Source of the DNA: Haliotis cracherodii
Taxonomy: Eukaryota
Direction of reading: 5' to 3'
Length of the DNA: 64,000 bases
Assembly: GCF_022045235.1 (NCBI RefSeq)
Contig: NW_027266270.1
Coordinates: 21,390,001-21,454,000 of the forward strand
Shown: piece after piece, positions 11,882-25,600 of the stretch
Position numbering within the stretch: the stretch's first letter is position 1
How the letters are laid out: every line of letters begins with the position of its first letter
Notes under the pieces: model-generated
The model's database searches: none
The model's input: the letters and a program-made list of their open reading frames with translations, nothing else
What the model was told of the DNA's origin: nothing
Program-made: the position numbers and the translations under genes

Positions 11882-13604
11882 TATATATATAATTCATTGT
11901 CTTAATGATGTAAACCAAGATATACTATTCCATAACATGCACTGTGAGTAGGTATCAACAGAAATCAGTCACTGAAACATCTGTAGAAACGAATTTTCTG
12001 TGATACAACAAACGACAAGAAATGTTATACACACTGAACCAAAAATGAAAGGTCCGATTTATAAAATGACTACACTTTATATTCTGTCTGCAATTATCCG
12101 AACAGTTCATTGAACATTTTCAAACGTTAAAACCACAATCCTAAAAACATGCAAAACGCACGATAGTTGCACGAGTAACGTGTCGTACACGTGAATGTTA
12201 GGGTGACTGGTTATCATTGACTGCAATTGTTAGAACACACGAGAAAACACTTTCTTTTCCCCACGAATACCGTAAAACAAACGCAAAAAATCACCAATAA
12301 TGTTCTAGATAGAACCATCGGAATGTCACGCAGCCATGCGTACTGTAGACGTTGCAGTACAAGTTGGTGCGTCCGTGAGGTCAGTAAAACGTCCGAGGGA
12401 GCGTTTCAATGCACCTTGAGTAACTACTAGTCATCCGAGGAGTGGACGTCCACGTGTAACAACATTAGCTCAAGACCGCTATATTGTGACGACACATTTA
12501 CACAATCGTTTTCTCACAGCAACTGTTACTGTACAGACTACTGAAGGAACCCATAAAAACATAATCAGTGCTCAAACTGTGTTTTGCGACAATATGGTCT
12601 GAGAGCCAGGAGTCATACGTTGGGCCAGTTCATACCCAACGTCATCGACGTCAACGTCGAGTGTGGGCTCGTGCACATCTGCGTTGGACATGAATCACTC
12701 TTTTGTGATGAATCTCTAGAGGTGACGGTTGACATCGGGTGTACAGACGGAGGGATGAAGTTGTGTTTGTGTTTCGGAGAGAGATCGTCTTGGTTGGGGG
12801 CGGTCGGGTAACCTAGCGGTTAAAGTGTTCGCTCGTCACGCCGAAGAACAGGGTTCGATTCCCGACATGGGTACAATGATTGAAGCCCATATCTAGTGTC
12901 CCCCGTCGTGATATCGCCGGAATATCGCTAAAAGCAGCATTAAACCATACTCACTCACTCGTTTTGGAGGAGCTGGGTCTGTAATGGTTTGGGCGGGAAT
13001 TGCACACGGTCATCTCAAAGCTCTTGTTCATATTTGTAGAAATCTGAATGCGATGCGCAACATTCTTGCTCAGCATGTTGTCGCCTACTTCAACGCCAAC
13101 GCCAACGCCAACGCCAACGCCAACATGACGTTTCAGCGTGACCATGCCACAAGTCACACCGTACGCATCATACGATACATCCTGCAGGCTAACCACGTGG
13201 ATGTCATGCCTTGGCCAGCCAAAGGTCCGGACATGAATCTAATTGCAATTGAACATTTATGAAACTCTTTGGACAGACGTGTAAGACGACGTCAGAATCA
13301 GCCTCAGAACATCCGGGAGCTTGCAACTGCCTTGTTTGCAGAATTGAATAACATTCCACAACAATAAATCCTGACATTAGTGATGTCAACGAGACGACGA
13401 TGCAGAGATCTGATTGATGTTGACGGAGGCCCAAAACGGTTTTGATAATGTGACTTTCAGTTGTGATACCGTTTCCATAGTATCGTCAGCCACACCGTTC
13501 TACAGATGTTTCAGTGACTAATTTCTGTTGATACCTACTCACAGTGCATGTTATAAAATAGTATATCATAGTTTACATCATTATGACAATGAATTATATA
13601 TATA
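11882..13604 (+). mobile_element. Degenerate Tc1-like transposon enclosed by 107-bp inverted repeats (11882-11988 / 13498-13604)
   Basis: Near-perfect inverted repeats ending in (TA)n. Inside are GRPRVTT, FCDES, VMVWAGI, FQRDHA and WPAKGPDMNLIAIEHL motifs, and a Tc1-type left end at about 12027. Confidence 0.85.
12796..12960 (+). mobile_element. tRNA-derived SINE family A inserted in the Tc1 transposase
   Basis: A and B boxes (tagcggttaaag; ggttcgattccc), a GTC anticodon-like loop and a (ctca)n tail. It interrupts the codons for R-F-G-G. Confidence 0.9.
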
Positions 13605-16600
13605 TTACCCCTTGTTGATAATGGTTGAAAGGGACGGGACAGTGGACGAGCGCGCTTGTAAACGGGTAAGGGGCACATGAGCGCTCGTGCACTCAGCACA
13701 TCGCCGCCAGATGGCCGTCATACCAGGTTTCAAAATCAGTGCTGAAATATTCATTTCAGTGTGTGATCGTGACATATACACAAAGACGATACAAGTCTTG
13801 CTGTCAGATATCGACTAAACGCAGCAACATAAACAGGTTACTCTTCAATTATTTCAATAAAGAATTTCATGAAAAATAAAGAAAGCACATGTTTGTTTTC
13901 CTTCAGCTGTATACTTTCCATGTAGTTTTCATTAGAACGTTTGCTTCGAATCTGGTTTGTATGAACTTACTTCAACAATATATAACTTACTTACAGCAGG
14001 CTCCCCAACTGACGGTTTGACTATTTGGAAAACACATCAAACTACACCCTCTCCAAATTACCCATCTCCTTCATTTATGTCGTTGATTAAATCCACTATT
14101 TCCATGGATATTTTTCTGATCATATCGACAGTATTTCTAGTATTTATTTTACTTTTAGAAGAATAAAATAAGTCAATCGACCGGTTACGTCACTGGTTTT
14201 AACATTTGACAAATTCCTTTCCTTGTCATGAAATTATGGTTTCACAATTCTATCTTTGTCCCCGAGACGTACGTTAACGGCAGGAAATCCTTCAACAAAT
14301 TTTCGGATTCAGCGGATATTCCTTACTTATCATTTACTGTTTGATTTTGACTATTTGCACCTTCAAACCCCGACACAATCTATATATATTTCGGGAAAAA
14401 ATTATATAAGTTGGCTAATGGCGTTTCGTTTAAAACGATTCCTTCCTTCAGCGACAGCTGCAGGTTTTTTTTATTGTACTTCAACTTTGTGGATTCACTT
14501 TTTCGTTACCTTTGACATAATTCATATATTAATTGCCATCTGCCATGAGACGATAATGATGATGATTCCCTTATCTAGATAGGTTATTTTTGTCCGTAAT
14601 TTTTCATGTTGTAATGGTTTTGTTTTTACCATTTTGCGGACCAGTTATTTATGAGTGTTATAAACCCTTGTAAGTAGGGTACAGTGAGAAGATCAGACTA
14701 TAAAATGGTTACGAATTTGAAATATTTTATCATATTAATTCTCCTTCACAAATACCGAATTACAAGGAGCAAGTTCATTTCTACTTATTACATCTCATTC
14801 TTAGGACAATATTGAAATAATTACTTTTCTGTAGAGACAGGACCTGTGTTTAGAATTGGGTTCTCTCATATGATGGTCATATGATGGTCACTTGGTTACA
14901 TTACGTTACATTATTCTACTATTGTGTATCTTCTATATTACTTGCTGCGTTCAATTACTATCGGTGTTTTAATGTGTGCTCTCAGTCCATTCCACAATAA
15001 TTATATATGTTGTTCGTTTTGGTGTTATTAACAACAAAGGATTTGCAGAATGTTGTTAGTTTGAATTTTATAAAAGTTGAATAATGACTGTACTGTTGAA
15101 GCAGTCCATTGGTTTGTGCGATTTGTTCGTGCTCATAAATATCTTTTTTATTATTATATTGGTCCACGAAAGTGAACATGTAATGAGTAGTCCAGAAATT
15201 CGATTCCTGCCGTTATGATCCTTATATGCAGATATGCACATGCCAGAAGACTATTATTGTTTATATAGTCTTATTTTTACAGACAGAAGTCTGAGCTGCA
15301 GATGTCACATCTTTATATGTATTAATATTTCTATAGTTAGTATGGTATTATTCACTTGTTGATCGTGAATTACCAGTATTTTTAAGTGTTGTAGATGATG
15401 GCCGTCCCCATTCTATAGGGCGGAGAGTCAAGTACTTCCCACGCTGTTGTCTGGTCCACGCCAAATAATTAATCCGGTTTCTGGATACACGATTGCTGTT
15501 GATGGTGTACGCTGTCCTAGCACCTCTGCCGCTGAACACAGACCGCAAGCCACAGAGGGTTATCCATATCTGTCAGCACTCCCGACGTGTACATCTACAG
15601 GTGTTCACGACCCCCACATACAAGCTGTGACTCTATCGGCATACATCTTTAGAGAGCGACCAGTCAACACTCAAGCAGAGTTGCCATCCGGGGCCAGAAT
15701 GTGTGCTTAGACCGAGTGTTCAGACATTAAGTTTTCGGTTTAGGATTCAAAAACGTTGGCAAGCGTTTCGCCAATTGACTTTTCGAAACAAGAAAGGAGC
15801 CAGTGAATTCCATTGAGACCAGTGACAAATGAACTTTTGTGAATGGGGGTACCATATTGTGGCCACGTGCAGTGACATTTGGCATTTATGCGTCGCTATT
15901 AATCAATTCTACATTGTATTTGAATAATATTTCATGATGATTATGCTTTGTGGTTTATATGAAGTAACATAGGATCATTTCTCTTATTCTTTGGCATGTA
16001 AATACATTTTGACTGTTCGAGTATTCGCTGTTTTCCGATCTTTACAAAAAAATTGAAATTGGTTACAATTTAATATATGGAATGATCGATCCTGTTTTAC
16101 TTCTAATGTGTTTATTGTGATTGTATTTTACATCTCAGACCTGAACTCTTGCTTATGGCATCCGAGCTGTGGGCAGCTCTTGTCCACAGGCGGAGGATGT
16201 TATAAGGTTAAAAATGCATCTCCAAAACATAAGAAAATGGTAACAAATAAAACCATTAAAGCTGCAATGAGGAGTTGCATTAGATATAGTTTGTGACAGA
16301 GAACTTTTAGTTCGAAAGGAATCAATAGATAAAAGGCATTTCACATTTATCACAAGGTATTCTTGACATTTCATATTTATCTTTGGATCGGCTCAAAGTT
16401 ATCGTACATCAGTTAATGAAACGAACAGAGAGATTTAAAGTATATTTCATTTGGAGCATCTGGAGCGAGTCACAAAATCAATAGAGAGATGAACAATCTG
16501 GCACGTAAACTTCTGTATTTTTCCGATTACGACCCACATGTGTTGACGGTCAGATCTAACTTTTAACGAATCAAAATGAGGTATTATGACATGTGATAAA

Positions 16601-16984
16601 GACAGGTCAGGCCCGAACACTATAAAATGATACTTTAACATTAGGAGAGGAGAGCGCGGTTTGCAATTGATCGAGTCGAAACCCGATCGTTCTAAGTTTT
16701 CCCCATTTAGTTACGAGACTGGCCAGTCTGATCCTGACCTGTATTGATAGATGGGCTGAGAGTAAGTAAAACTATGTGAGTATAAAGCTGGTGTTGCGTT
16801 TCTTTATTATACCAGTATGAATGCTGATAGAGACAACTTTGATTAAGCCACGCTAGACCAATCACTCTTTGACGGAGCCGAGCCGCTGCGGACAAGGCGA
16901 GTGGCAAAGTCATGGCGTAATCGACCATGATGACCAGGAACGGCAATACATTTAGTTACCGTAGTAGGGTCGCACTTGACGCCC

Positions 16985-17160
16985 GAAAGCAGTTATGACA
17001 GTATCCTGTCCCACCAGTGGCAAACGTCACAAGCATATGCAAATGCAAGTCAATTGTTCACCTGGGAAAAAAACATGGGAACGAACATATTGTACAAGTC
17101 AAAATAGGGAATTGCATGGGACATCATTTTGTCACGGGTGCGTCAAATTAGGAAACTCAT
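16985..17160 (-). mobile_element. Penelope-like 3' fragment related to 1530-1680
   Basis: Aligns by eye with 1533-1675 (gtatcctg.c.cacc.gt..c...cgtcacaa.ca.atgcaaa.gcaa; gaacatattgta; aaaatagg). Confidence 0.6.
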
Positions 17161-18319
17161 AATGCAGTTTAGATTTTATGTTATGTGAAAAATGAACTTT
17201 TGGAAACTTTCATGTTGTGTTGTTCTTGAGCACCTGTCGCAAGTTGTAACAAGAACCATATGGTGAATGAAGATGACAGGTATTTTTTTTTAGAATCGAT
17301 TAGCGATACATTCCAATTGCAAGTAAGGTTGAAGATTGTTAAAGATCCGTCCGCTTCAGATAAGTTTTCCACCCACATGTACTATTACTTACTATTGCTT
17401 ACTAAATGGATCCTGCTGTTACCTAAAAAAGGAGTGTATGTGGGACTTTTCCTTTTCATTTCATCATTGTTACCACTTTACAATCCGCCGTGTTGTACGT
17501 GTATTTGATTACTTAGCATTGTATATAAAAACATTTTTGTCTATTATTGAGTGTTATATGGAATATGTATATATTTCTACTCTGTCAATCATTGTAATGA
17601 ATTGTATAGATCTTGTTCATAGTGTCTGTGTTCATAGAAACTGCTTTAGTAATGTATGGAACTCGTCTGTCATGTACTGCAATCATAGAATATCTATATG
17701 TTTGTTTTAAGAAAGATTTTCAGGTCTGACTGCTCTTTAATGCAAATAATATTTTGTTGCAATTTTCAATCATTGAAACGCTAATTTTACTTATTATACC
17801 AAATACAAACAAATGTAGGTGTTTTTGTTTCCTTTTCGTTGACACGCCGTGATATAACTGGAATACTGTTAAAGGGGGCGTTAAACCAAACTCACTTAAC
17901 CTTTTGGTTGATACAGTGCTTTTAAGTGTCAAAAAAATTGTGGTTTATATTGCTTGCACTGAACTGCAAAAAAGGAAGCAGTCGTCATATATACCTTCTA
18001 TCAATGTCACACGACCGCGAATGTAATTAGTGAAAAATAAATGTTGGTTGGGCAGTTATCAATAGATGTACATGTTTCCTTGCGCAAAGCATGTGCCACA
18101 AACCACTTACGACTTGCTAGAACCGCAATAATTCGGTTAACGCTAAATTCAAGCTCCATTTGAAATAATCTTTAACTGCAAAATTTTGATTTAATTATTG
18201 TTCTACATGGCTCGGGGCGAAAGGTGGCGAAATAATAGACAAGACTGCCCTACAAAATTGTTGGTCGTCAGAAAGGTTACTGCCATTCAGATATAAGCTG
18301 TAAGAATTATGATCTCCTT

Positions 18320-18480
18320 TGCTTTGCCAGGCGACAACCCTGTGACACCAGTCCCTCTCGGAAGGAGAATTGGATGGCCCACTGACAGTTGTGATCACAG
18401 ATCTAAACCCGCTGGACCACGACTGGGACATCCTTGACAACACGATACGGATGTGGGACACATGCAGGAGCTCCACCGAC
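18320..18480 (+). mobile_element. Tc1-like transposase C-terminal relic
   Basis: Reads ...GWP... and DLNPLDHDWDILD, matching the Tc1 motif WPxxSPDLNPIEHLWD. Confidence 0.5.
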
Positions 18481-18647
18481 CATTCAACAACATTTTAATA
18501 AAAAAACGTGTTTTATATGGTGCATTACGCCGCACTCACAAACAATCAAGTCTGGACCGAACAAACCAGTGATTGATACTATACACAATGATCCAGGTTG
18601 TCGGGATATGACGCCACTTAATCAACCAGTGGTTCTTTAAAGTAACT

Positions 18648-18806
18648 GCCACGGGTGGCCCAATCGTCTAAGGTGCCGCAATTCGCTGTGCAGTGTTGCG
18701 TCCCTTGGACACGCCAGACACTTCGGGCTTTCCTCCCACATTAAGCTGACACGCCATGATATAACAGGAATACTGTTAAAAGCGGCGTTATACCCAACTC
18801 ACTCAC
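18648..18806 (+). mobile_element. SINE family C (V-domain/RUDI-like), internally deleted
   Basis: Head gtggcccaatcgtctaaggtgccgc and tail ttcctcccacattaagctgacacgcc..gatataac are shared with 36803-37075. Confidence 0.75.
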
Positions 18807-19050
18807 AAAATTGGTAAACGTTTCGGTCCTGCATATGGGTTTCCGCTCATGTCAAACTGACACAGCATCATCAACTTTAAAACTGAGTGAAATCCTAGAG
18901 TTTACGCGAGCCTACACGTCGAATGTTGGCGTCTCGGCGACCCATTAGGCATTATTCAACTTAGCAAAACGTGTATACTTTGTAATTCTACCGGAATGCT
19001 GATAATAGACAAGTAATAGACATAACAAGTAGATTTCGTGAACAGTACCG

Positions 19051-19056
19051 TTTATT
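19051..19056 (-). promoter_or_regulatory. Candidate polyadenylation signal (AATAAA) of the six-exon gene
   Basis: First AATAAA I found on the minus strand, about 500 nt downstream of the stop codon at 19555. Confidence 0.5.
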
Positions 19057-19554
19057 TCAGCGGAACAACCACCAAGGATTAACTCAACACGTCATTAGGG
19101 TACGGAACACTTGGGTTGAGTCATGTGAGTATCCTACTGATTTACACGATCGGAACAACAGCATATAAGCCGTAGAGTTATCAAAACCGGAACCAAAGAT
19201 GCCCTTTCAGAAATTTCACAGGATTAGTATGACCACATGTTGTTCGTCAGTGGTTACATGAATTATGTATGGCCTACGTCATGCATGGCGGTCATACAAA
19301 CATTTCGTATTTTTTTCGGAAAGCCTTATTGAAAATAGCTTCATGTCGATAATCAAATAAGTCAACCCATTTTCATTGACAATTTAACCCGAATATAGGA
19401 AAACTATATTGTTCGTAATTAAAATCAAAAGTTGGTGACGACAAATAGAAAATTCAAATAAGACACAGATTGCCGTCATTCCACAATATGCCACATCTAC
19501 ATATAGAAAAGCTCAGAACAAACAAGAGTTTCAAAGTGCCAGCATTGAGGGCGG

Positions 19555-19622
19555 TTACAGGAACATGTTTACAAGAACTGAAACGATCAGTGACGTCATC
19601 GCAAAGGTCACAACTGCCCCAC
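19555..19622 (-). CDS. Exon 6: GPI-type signal (G)GAVVTFAMTSLIVSVLVNMFL*
   Basis: Acceptor tttttttgtcgttgcag. Small residues are followed by a hydrophobic tail ending at TAA. Confidence 0.85.
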
Positions 19623-22600
19623 CTGCAACGACAAAAAAACAAAACGTCATTACTTATAATTACTTAAAATAAAACATATAAAAACCGATGCTGACAATAT
19701 TTTGTTGTGTGATTGCAATGAACCCACATTTCGTGGCTGTTAATATTGCAGTAGAATATTCCCTATGTATTGTTTGCTTTTGCCCGTAACTAAGGTTTGC
19801 CTCAACAATGCGAGAGACGCGATGAGGCAATACAAAGTATGCAGTTAACAATACTATAATATACAGTTTATAAACGACAGTTTACCACAAGCTGGAGTAG
19901 TGAGTGCGTTCATCCTGGTCTCTACACCGGTAGCTAGGGTTGTTACATTGGAGGTGCCATCACAGGCCAGGGTTGTCTTCCCCTTTAAGCACGCGATGTA
20001 GGTCTGGGCGGCACTATGGACAACATAAAACGATGATAGCACGAATGACGCTGGAATAATATATACTACAATGTAACTAGTACGGCATTACATGAAGTTT
20101 TTTTTTGTATTTAGCAGTTCAGTGTTTTCATTCATGAGACATGATGTGTGTGGACGCAAATAGTGATTGAGTGAGTAAGGTTTTACGCTGCTTTTAGTAA
20201 TATTCCAGCAATATCACGCCGGGGGACACCAGAAATAGGCTTCACACATTGGTAGACGCAAATACGTTTCATAATCGAAAGAATGAAAATATATGATAGC
20301 ATTTTCGGACTAACAACATGTATATGTATATCATGCATATTTCTTCATGTACTTAATGGCTGCACGATTTGAGGTTATTTGTACTTATTTGGTTCACGAT
20401 AATACTTAATCGATAATTACATCAAAGAAAATGTTCAAAAAAACTTGTCGGGGGCGGTGCCGTGGCCAAGTGGTTAGCCAAGTTCGTCAGGCCGAAGACC
20501 CGGGTTCGATTCCCCACATAGGTACAATGTGTGAAGCTCATTTCTGGAGCTCCCCGTCGTGACATAGCAGGATTATTGCTTAAAGCGGCAATACACTATA
20601 CTCACTCACTCACTCACTCTAACGTGTCTTTTCCTTTCACACAGATACAAACCGTACATAATACAACATAATCCTACTCAAAAGGACCCACCATCTGCTA
20701 CTCTGATAAAAGGGATGTGGCTGATTTTATGTGTTAAAGATAATATATGTTTTCAGACACTGCTTCAAAACAAGCAATTTCGTACAGTTAACTTTCTTTT
20801 ACAGAATATCTGTTGTCATGCCATCAAGCAGTAAACGCTTTCATATATTCAAAGATATTACAGGTCCCCTACAAACATTCATATTTCAAATGATCGATTC
20901 ACTAGCTATATAGTATACTTTGTTTCACCCTTATCAAATGGCATTATGATATATTACCTGCAAACAGCTGCATCACCTGCGCTCTGGTCAGTCTTCCAGA
21001 ATTCTTTCTGACAAACACAGGTGTCCGTAAATGCTGGAAGTACACATACAAAGAAATTGCAGACAGACAAGAACATTAAAAGATGCCAAATGTATGTTGT
21101 ACCCTTCCATGCATCTCTTGTATAATCTTTTTCTTAGATATCTATTACATGTAGATTATATTAATGAGAACACCGTAGAGTATATATCTGATACATGCAT
21201 TTTGTAGAACACGTTAGATAACACCCACCAGTCTTATAGGTTATCACCTACCACACGATTTATTGTCAAATTATCTTTCCGCATATACCTTTTCCTATCA
21301 CCCTATGCAACATAAAATATTCCGTTTATCATCATTTTCACAGCCCAAACTCCACTCACATTTAGATCACATTGTTCATCAGGTAACTATTCATTTCAGC
21401 ATGTACACACTCCATTAACCACTCGGAATTAGAATAAAATCTGCAATATCAGCTTCGAATATTAAACTCCAAGATATAGCTCCTACTCAACTTTTCTCAT
21501 CTCCTCATTGGCAAATGGTAAAGCCAGAGGTAGACCTGACATTAACCAAACTTAAGAAATCCGATACTAACCAATTAATATACCAACAAGAATACCATCA
21601 ACTAAGAAGCAATTATGACACTTATAAATCTATATTTACAGATGGATCCAAGGATGGTGGTGCAGTTGCTAGTGCCACTGTCATTGGATCCAGAACAATC
21701 TCTTCACGTTTACCTGATAACAGTTCAATATTCACTGCAGAAGCAAACGCCATTTTTACAGCACTTAAATATATCGGTAATCAATCTAAACATAACCAAT
21801 TCATACTGTTTTCAGATTCTCTTTCATGCCTTCAGGCAATTAAAAATATGTCTTCAACACATCCACTTTTAATCCAAATTCTTGAGTTATTTAATGATCT
21901 TGCTACTGGCCAATATGACATCGTCTTTTGTTGGTTACCAAGCCATGTTGGTATCAAAGGTAACACAATGGCCGATGCTGCTGCTAAAGCAGCCCTCAAC
22001 AAATCTGTGACACCACTTCTGATCCCATACACTGATTTTAAACCCATGATTCGATCCTACATCCGAGATCTTATGCAACAGAAATGGGACGCCCAAGTAG
22101 GTATCAATAAATTACATGAAATTAAACCAAATATCGGATATACCTTCTTGGGGTGTCAGTCCAGATTTGAAGAGGTCATTATGCGACGATGTCGTATTGG
22201 CCACAGCAGATATACTCATGAATATTTACTAAAAGGTGAGGATCCTCCGTTTTGTATCCCTTGTGATGAGAGAATCACCGTCAAGCATGTCCTGCTTGAC
22301 TGTGTTGATTTTTCCATCACAAGGGATAAATATTTCAATGTAAAAACAATTAAGGACCTTTTTAATGATGTTAATTCTCGTTTAATATTATGTTTTTTTT
22401 AAAGAAATAGAACTTGTCCATAAATTTTGATGTGCTTAATGTATTATTCTATTAATTGGTAGTGCTAATTAATAACTTAGATTGTGAGTGGCTGTACCCT
22501 CGAGGGGGGTTGAAGTAGCGTAAAATTATTGTCCCCCTAGGAGGGTATGTAAGTCCCCAACCATTCGTAGTATTTTTATGCATACCAGACTTTTAAATCG

Positions 22601-25600
22601 TAGTATATTTGTTAGTTTTATTCAATGGCTAAACTTGCATATAATCGCCAGCGACTGAAGGGATGGTGTAAATCCTACCGGGATCCATGCAGGAAGCAAA
22701 GGCACTGTAAGTCCCCATGGTCCCTGGTGTGGTGATCTCCCTTTAGTTACTGACGATCTCTAGCCCATTTTTATATTGTGTTGTTCCTTACTACTTAATG
22801 CTTTTAACTGTTCTGCAACTAGTTTTAAATCTTATCTGTGATATTCTAGTTCTCATACTGTCCTTCGATGACAGATTTTTATAAAGTTTAAATATATGTA
22901 TATTTCATGTCTAATTTCTCGTCACGATATGGCCGAAATATTGCCGATGTGACGTAAAGCATTACCTCACTCACTCACTTACTCCATTAATCTTCTGTCT
23001 AATCATACTACCGCTCATACTTCACACTAGCTTACACGTATCTACATCTTTATTCAGCTCACGAAAGACGTTCCCATTTAAGCCTGTGGCCAGGCCCTTT
23101 AGCATCTTAAGTGCATTCCTTCTATGTTACGCTGACCGCTCAACACTTTATCCACGTTGCCACTTTAACCATATCATCATTCTAATTCTAAAACCGTCCA
23201 ATGATTTGTGTACATAAACGTCCATCAACACATCGTCATTGCTCATTCAACCAAGTATGTATAACTTGTAAACTGCAATGATCACTTCATGGTAATGCAA
23301 TCAAACTCATCAAACTATAACTCCTCCCGTCTGTCTGCCAGTTCCTTTGCCCAATACCTCAAATACACATCTTTGCTATCTATATGATCCATTTTTATCC
23401 GTCTACATTATACATTGTTTGGATGACAAGGCACCAGCAGTTGTCTGTGGTCTCGTCGGGGATCCCTCCTATTCCTCTGACCAATCTGTCATAGACTAAT
23501 TAAATCTACGCAGTTTATATTTTACTGCAGTATCAACACATACATAATACAACCTACATGCACTACAATTATCTCCGGTATAATCCGTCTCTATGGACCC
23601 GGCGTCAGCAGCAGGTAGAGGACAACCGGCGTTTCCCTTTGCAGAGGTCTCCAGACAGGTCAGGTACATCTTCAGATCACTGCGAAAAAGAAACAATTGA
23701 TTCGCCTGAACATTGTACTTGAGCAACCCGTAGATGCATATGTGTATAGTTATTCTTCTCGCTATATGGATGAAATACTGAATGTGAAATAAACAAAATA
23801 TTGACTAACTCACATGTTTCGCAAATGCAAGTTCCAGTTGTCTGTAGTAGAAAGCAGTGTGCATACAACCCTTACGCGACCTCATATCACAAACTGAAGG
23901 TACATTTTATACATCTATTGAGATCTGGTTTACTACTTTGTGAAGCTTTCCGGTGTTCATCAACCAAAGTTTCGTAATTCGAAGATTATCCCAAGATCAG
24001 GGATACCTTCAATAGTCACTACAATTGAAAATTGTGAAAAAATACGTGATATGATTACCGCACGTCAAATCGCCTATTTTGTCATTGATTCAATTAATGT
24101 GTACAGTTAATCGTCATCACTGTAATGGTAATACACTGCGTGAAGCCTGTGGTTGAGTATGCAGCATACTTTTACGGACTTCACGAGTTCATTTCATCTT
24201 TTAGTTTGTACTTATGGCTTGTATTCATTGCTATATACTAGTATCACGGAAACGTTATTAAATTCATTTGGTTGGTTGCTGTATCTGTTATAAATGTTGT
24301 TGTAGAAATATGAACTAAGCATGCACCTGTACATCATATTAGCTTTTCACTCATTTTACAAATGATAACTAAAGTATGATGTGCAAATAATATGTCTTGT
24401 AAAAGGACTTACTCGCATTTCGCACCGGCCGCGGGTGTGCCATATGTAGATTTACAAGAGTCACACGTGTCTGCCGACGTTGGCGAAAAGTAAACTGGAA
24501 AAGAATGTTACATGAGTTTTAGGCTGATAAAATGTGTATCAAATCACGAAATGCTCAGATCATGATTTTGTCAAAATGTTATGAATAATGTGGACACAAT
24601 TTATGGATAACAACTTCATGTAATAGCTCCGTTTCGGTACAGATCCTTTTCCGTTGCTTGATTGTGTCTACATTGTGGCAATCAACTTCTTTGAAATACC
24701 AATTGAACAATGTTATAAGTAGGTGGATTGAGATGTTTATTACCGAGGCTCACTGTATTCAGAACTAACATGCGCTTGTGCAGCATCATTAAACGCACAT
24801 AAAATGAACAGGATCACTGAACCGTTCACGCTTGTAGCCATAGTGGTAGTAAATGTACCTGATATCACTGATTGCATTTCCCTTCTTTCTTATTCAATAA
24901 CCAAACATTATAACACATCAAGGTATACACGACTTGGTTGATGCATGTCATCGATCCCAATTACCTGGATCGATGCTCATGATGTCAATCACTGGATTGT
25001 CTGGTCCGGACTCGATTATTTACAGACCGCTGTCATATATAGTTGGAATATTGCTGAGTGCGGCGTTAAACAACAAACCAACCAACCAATATGCCAAAGG
25101 CATATGTCTTGAGAACCATTATTATAAATTGTTACGATACGGTATCGAAACTGTTTTTTTAAATCAATGAGGTGTAGTATCCCAGGTTTTTGTTGAAGTT
25201 TCATTTCATACATAATGCCCTAACCTAAATACGTCACACTACGTATGAGAGCATCAAGTGTTCCTGTACAGTTTGATTTTCAGGTGCTTAGGATTTTGTA
25301 AAGAGCATTCAGCAAAGAAAATAGTCGTCATTTCTTTATTCTTCTATTTTTATTTGATTTGGTATACAAGGTATAATTCCTTTGTGCATTGTTGCAGTTA
25401 GCTCCTTGTTCTAATCTAATGTTTCAGTCTAATGTTTCAATGAAACTTATTACCTGTTTTTCTTACATTAAGCCAAAAGAATTTAAAGAATTCAATAGGG
25501 AAACCATCTTGTCCGGGACTGTTGTTGTTGTTTTTCATATATTTCACTGGGTTTATCCGATTTATCTACAAGGATATATCGCCTAAGTCAGACGTCTGAA

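Noticed and set aside
12796-12870. tRNA-Asp-like sequence (also at 20449, 43320 and 7950)
   Set aside because: These are SINE heads: the acceptor stem is incomplete and they run into the SINE body and tail.
15390-16210. GC-richer stretch and a possible exon DLNSCLWHPSCGQLLSTGGGCYK
   Set aside because: No recognisable domain and no phase-compatible partner exons.
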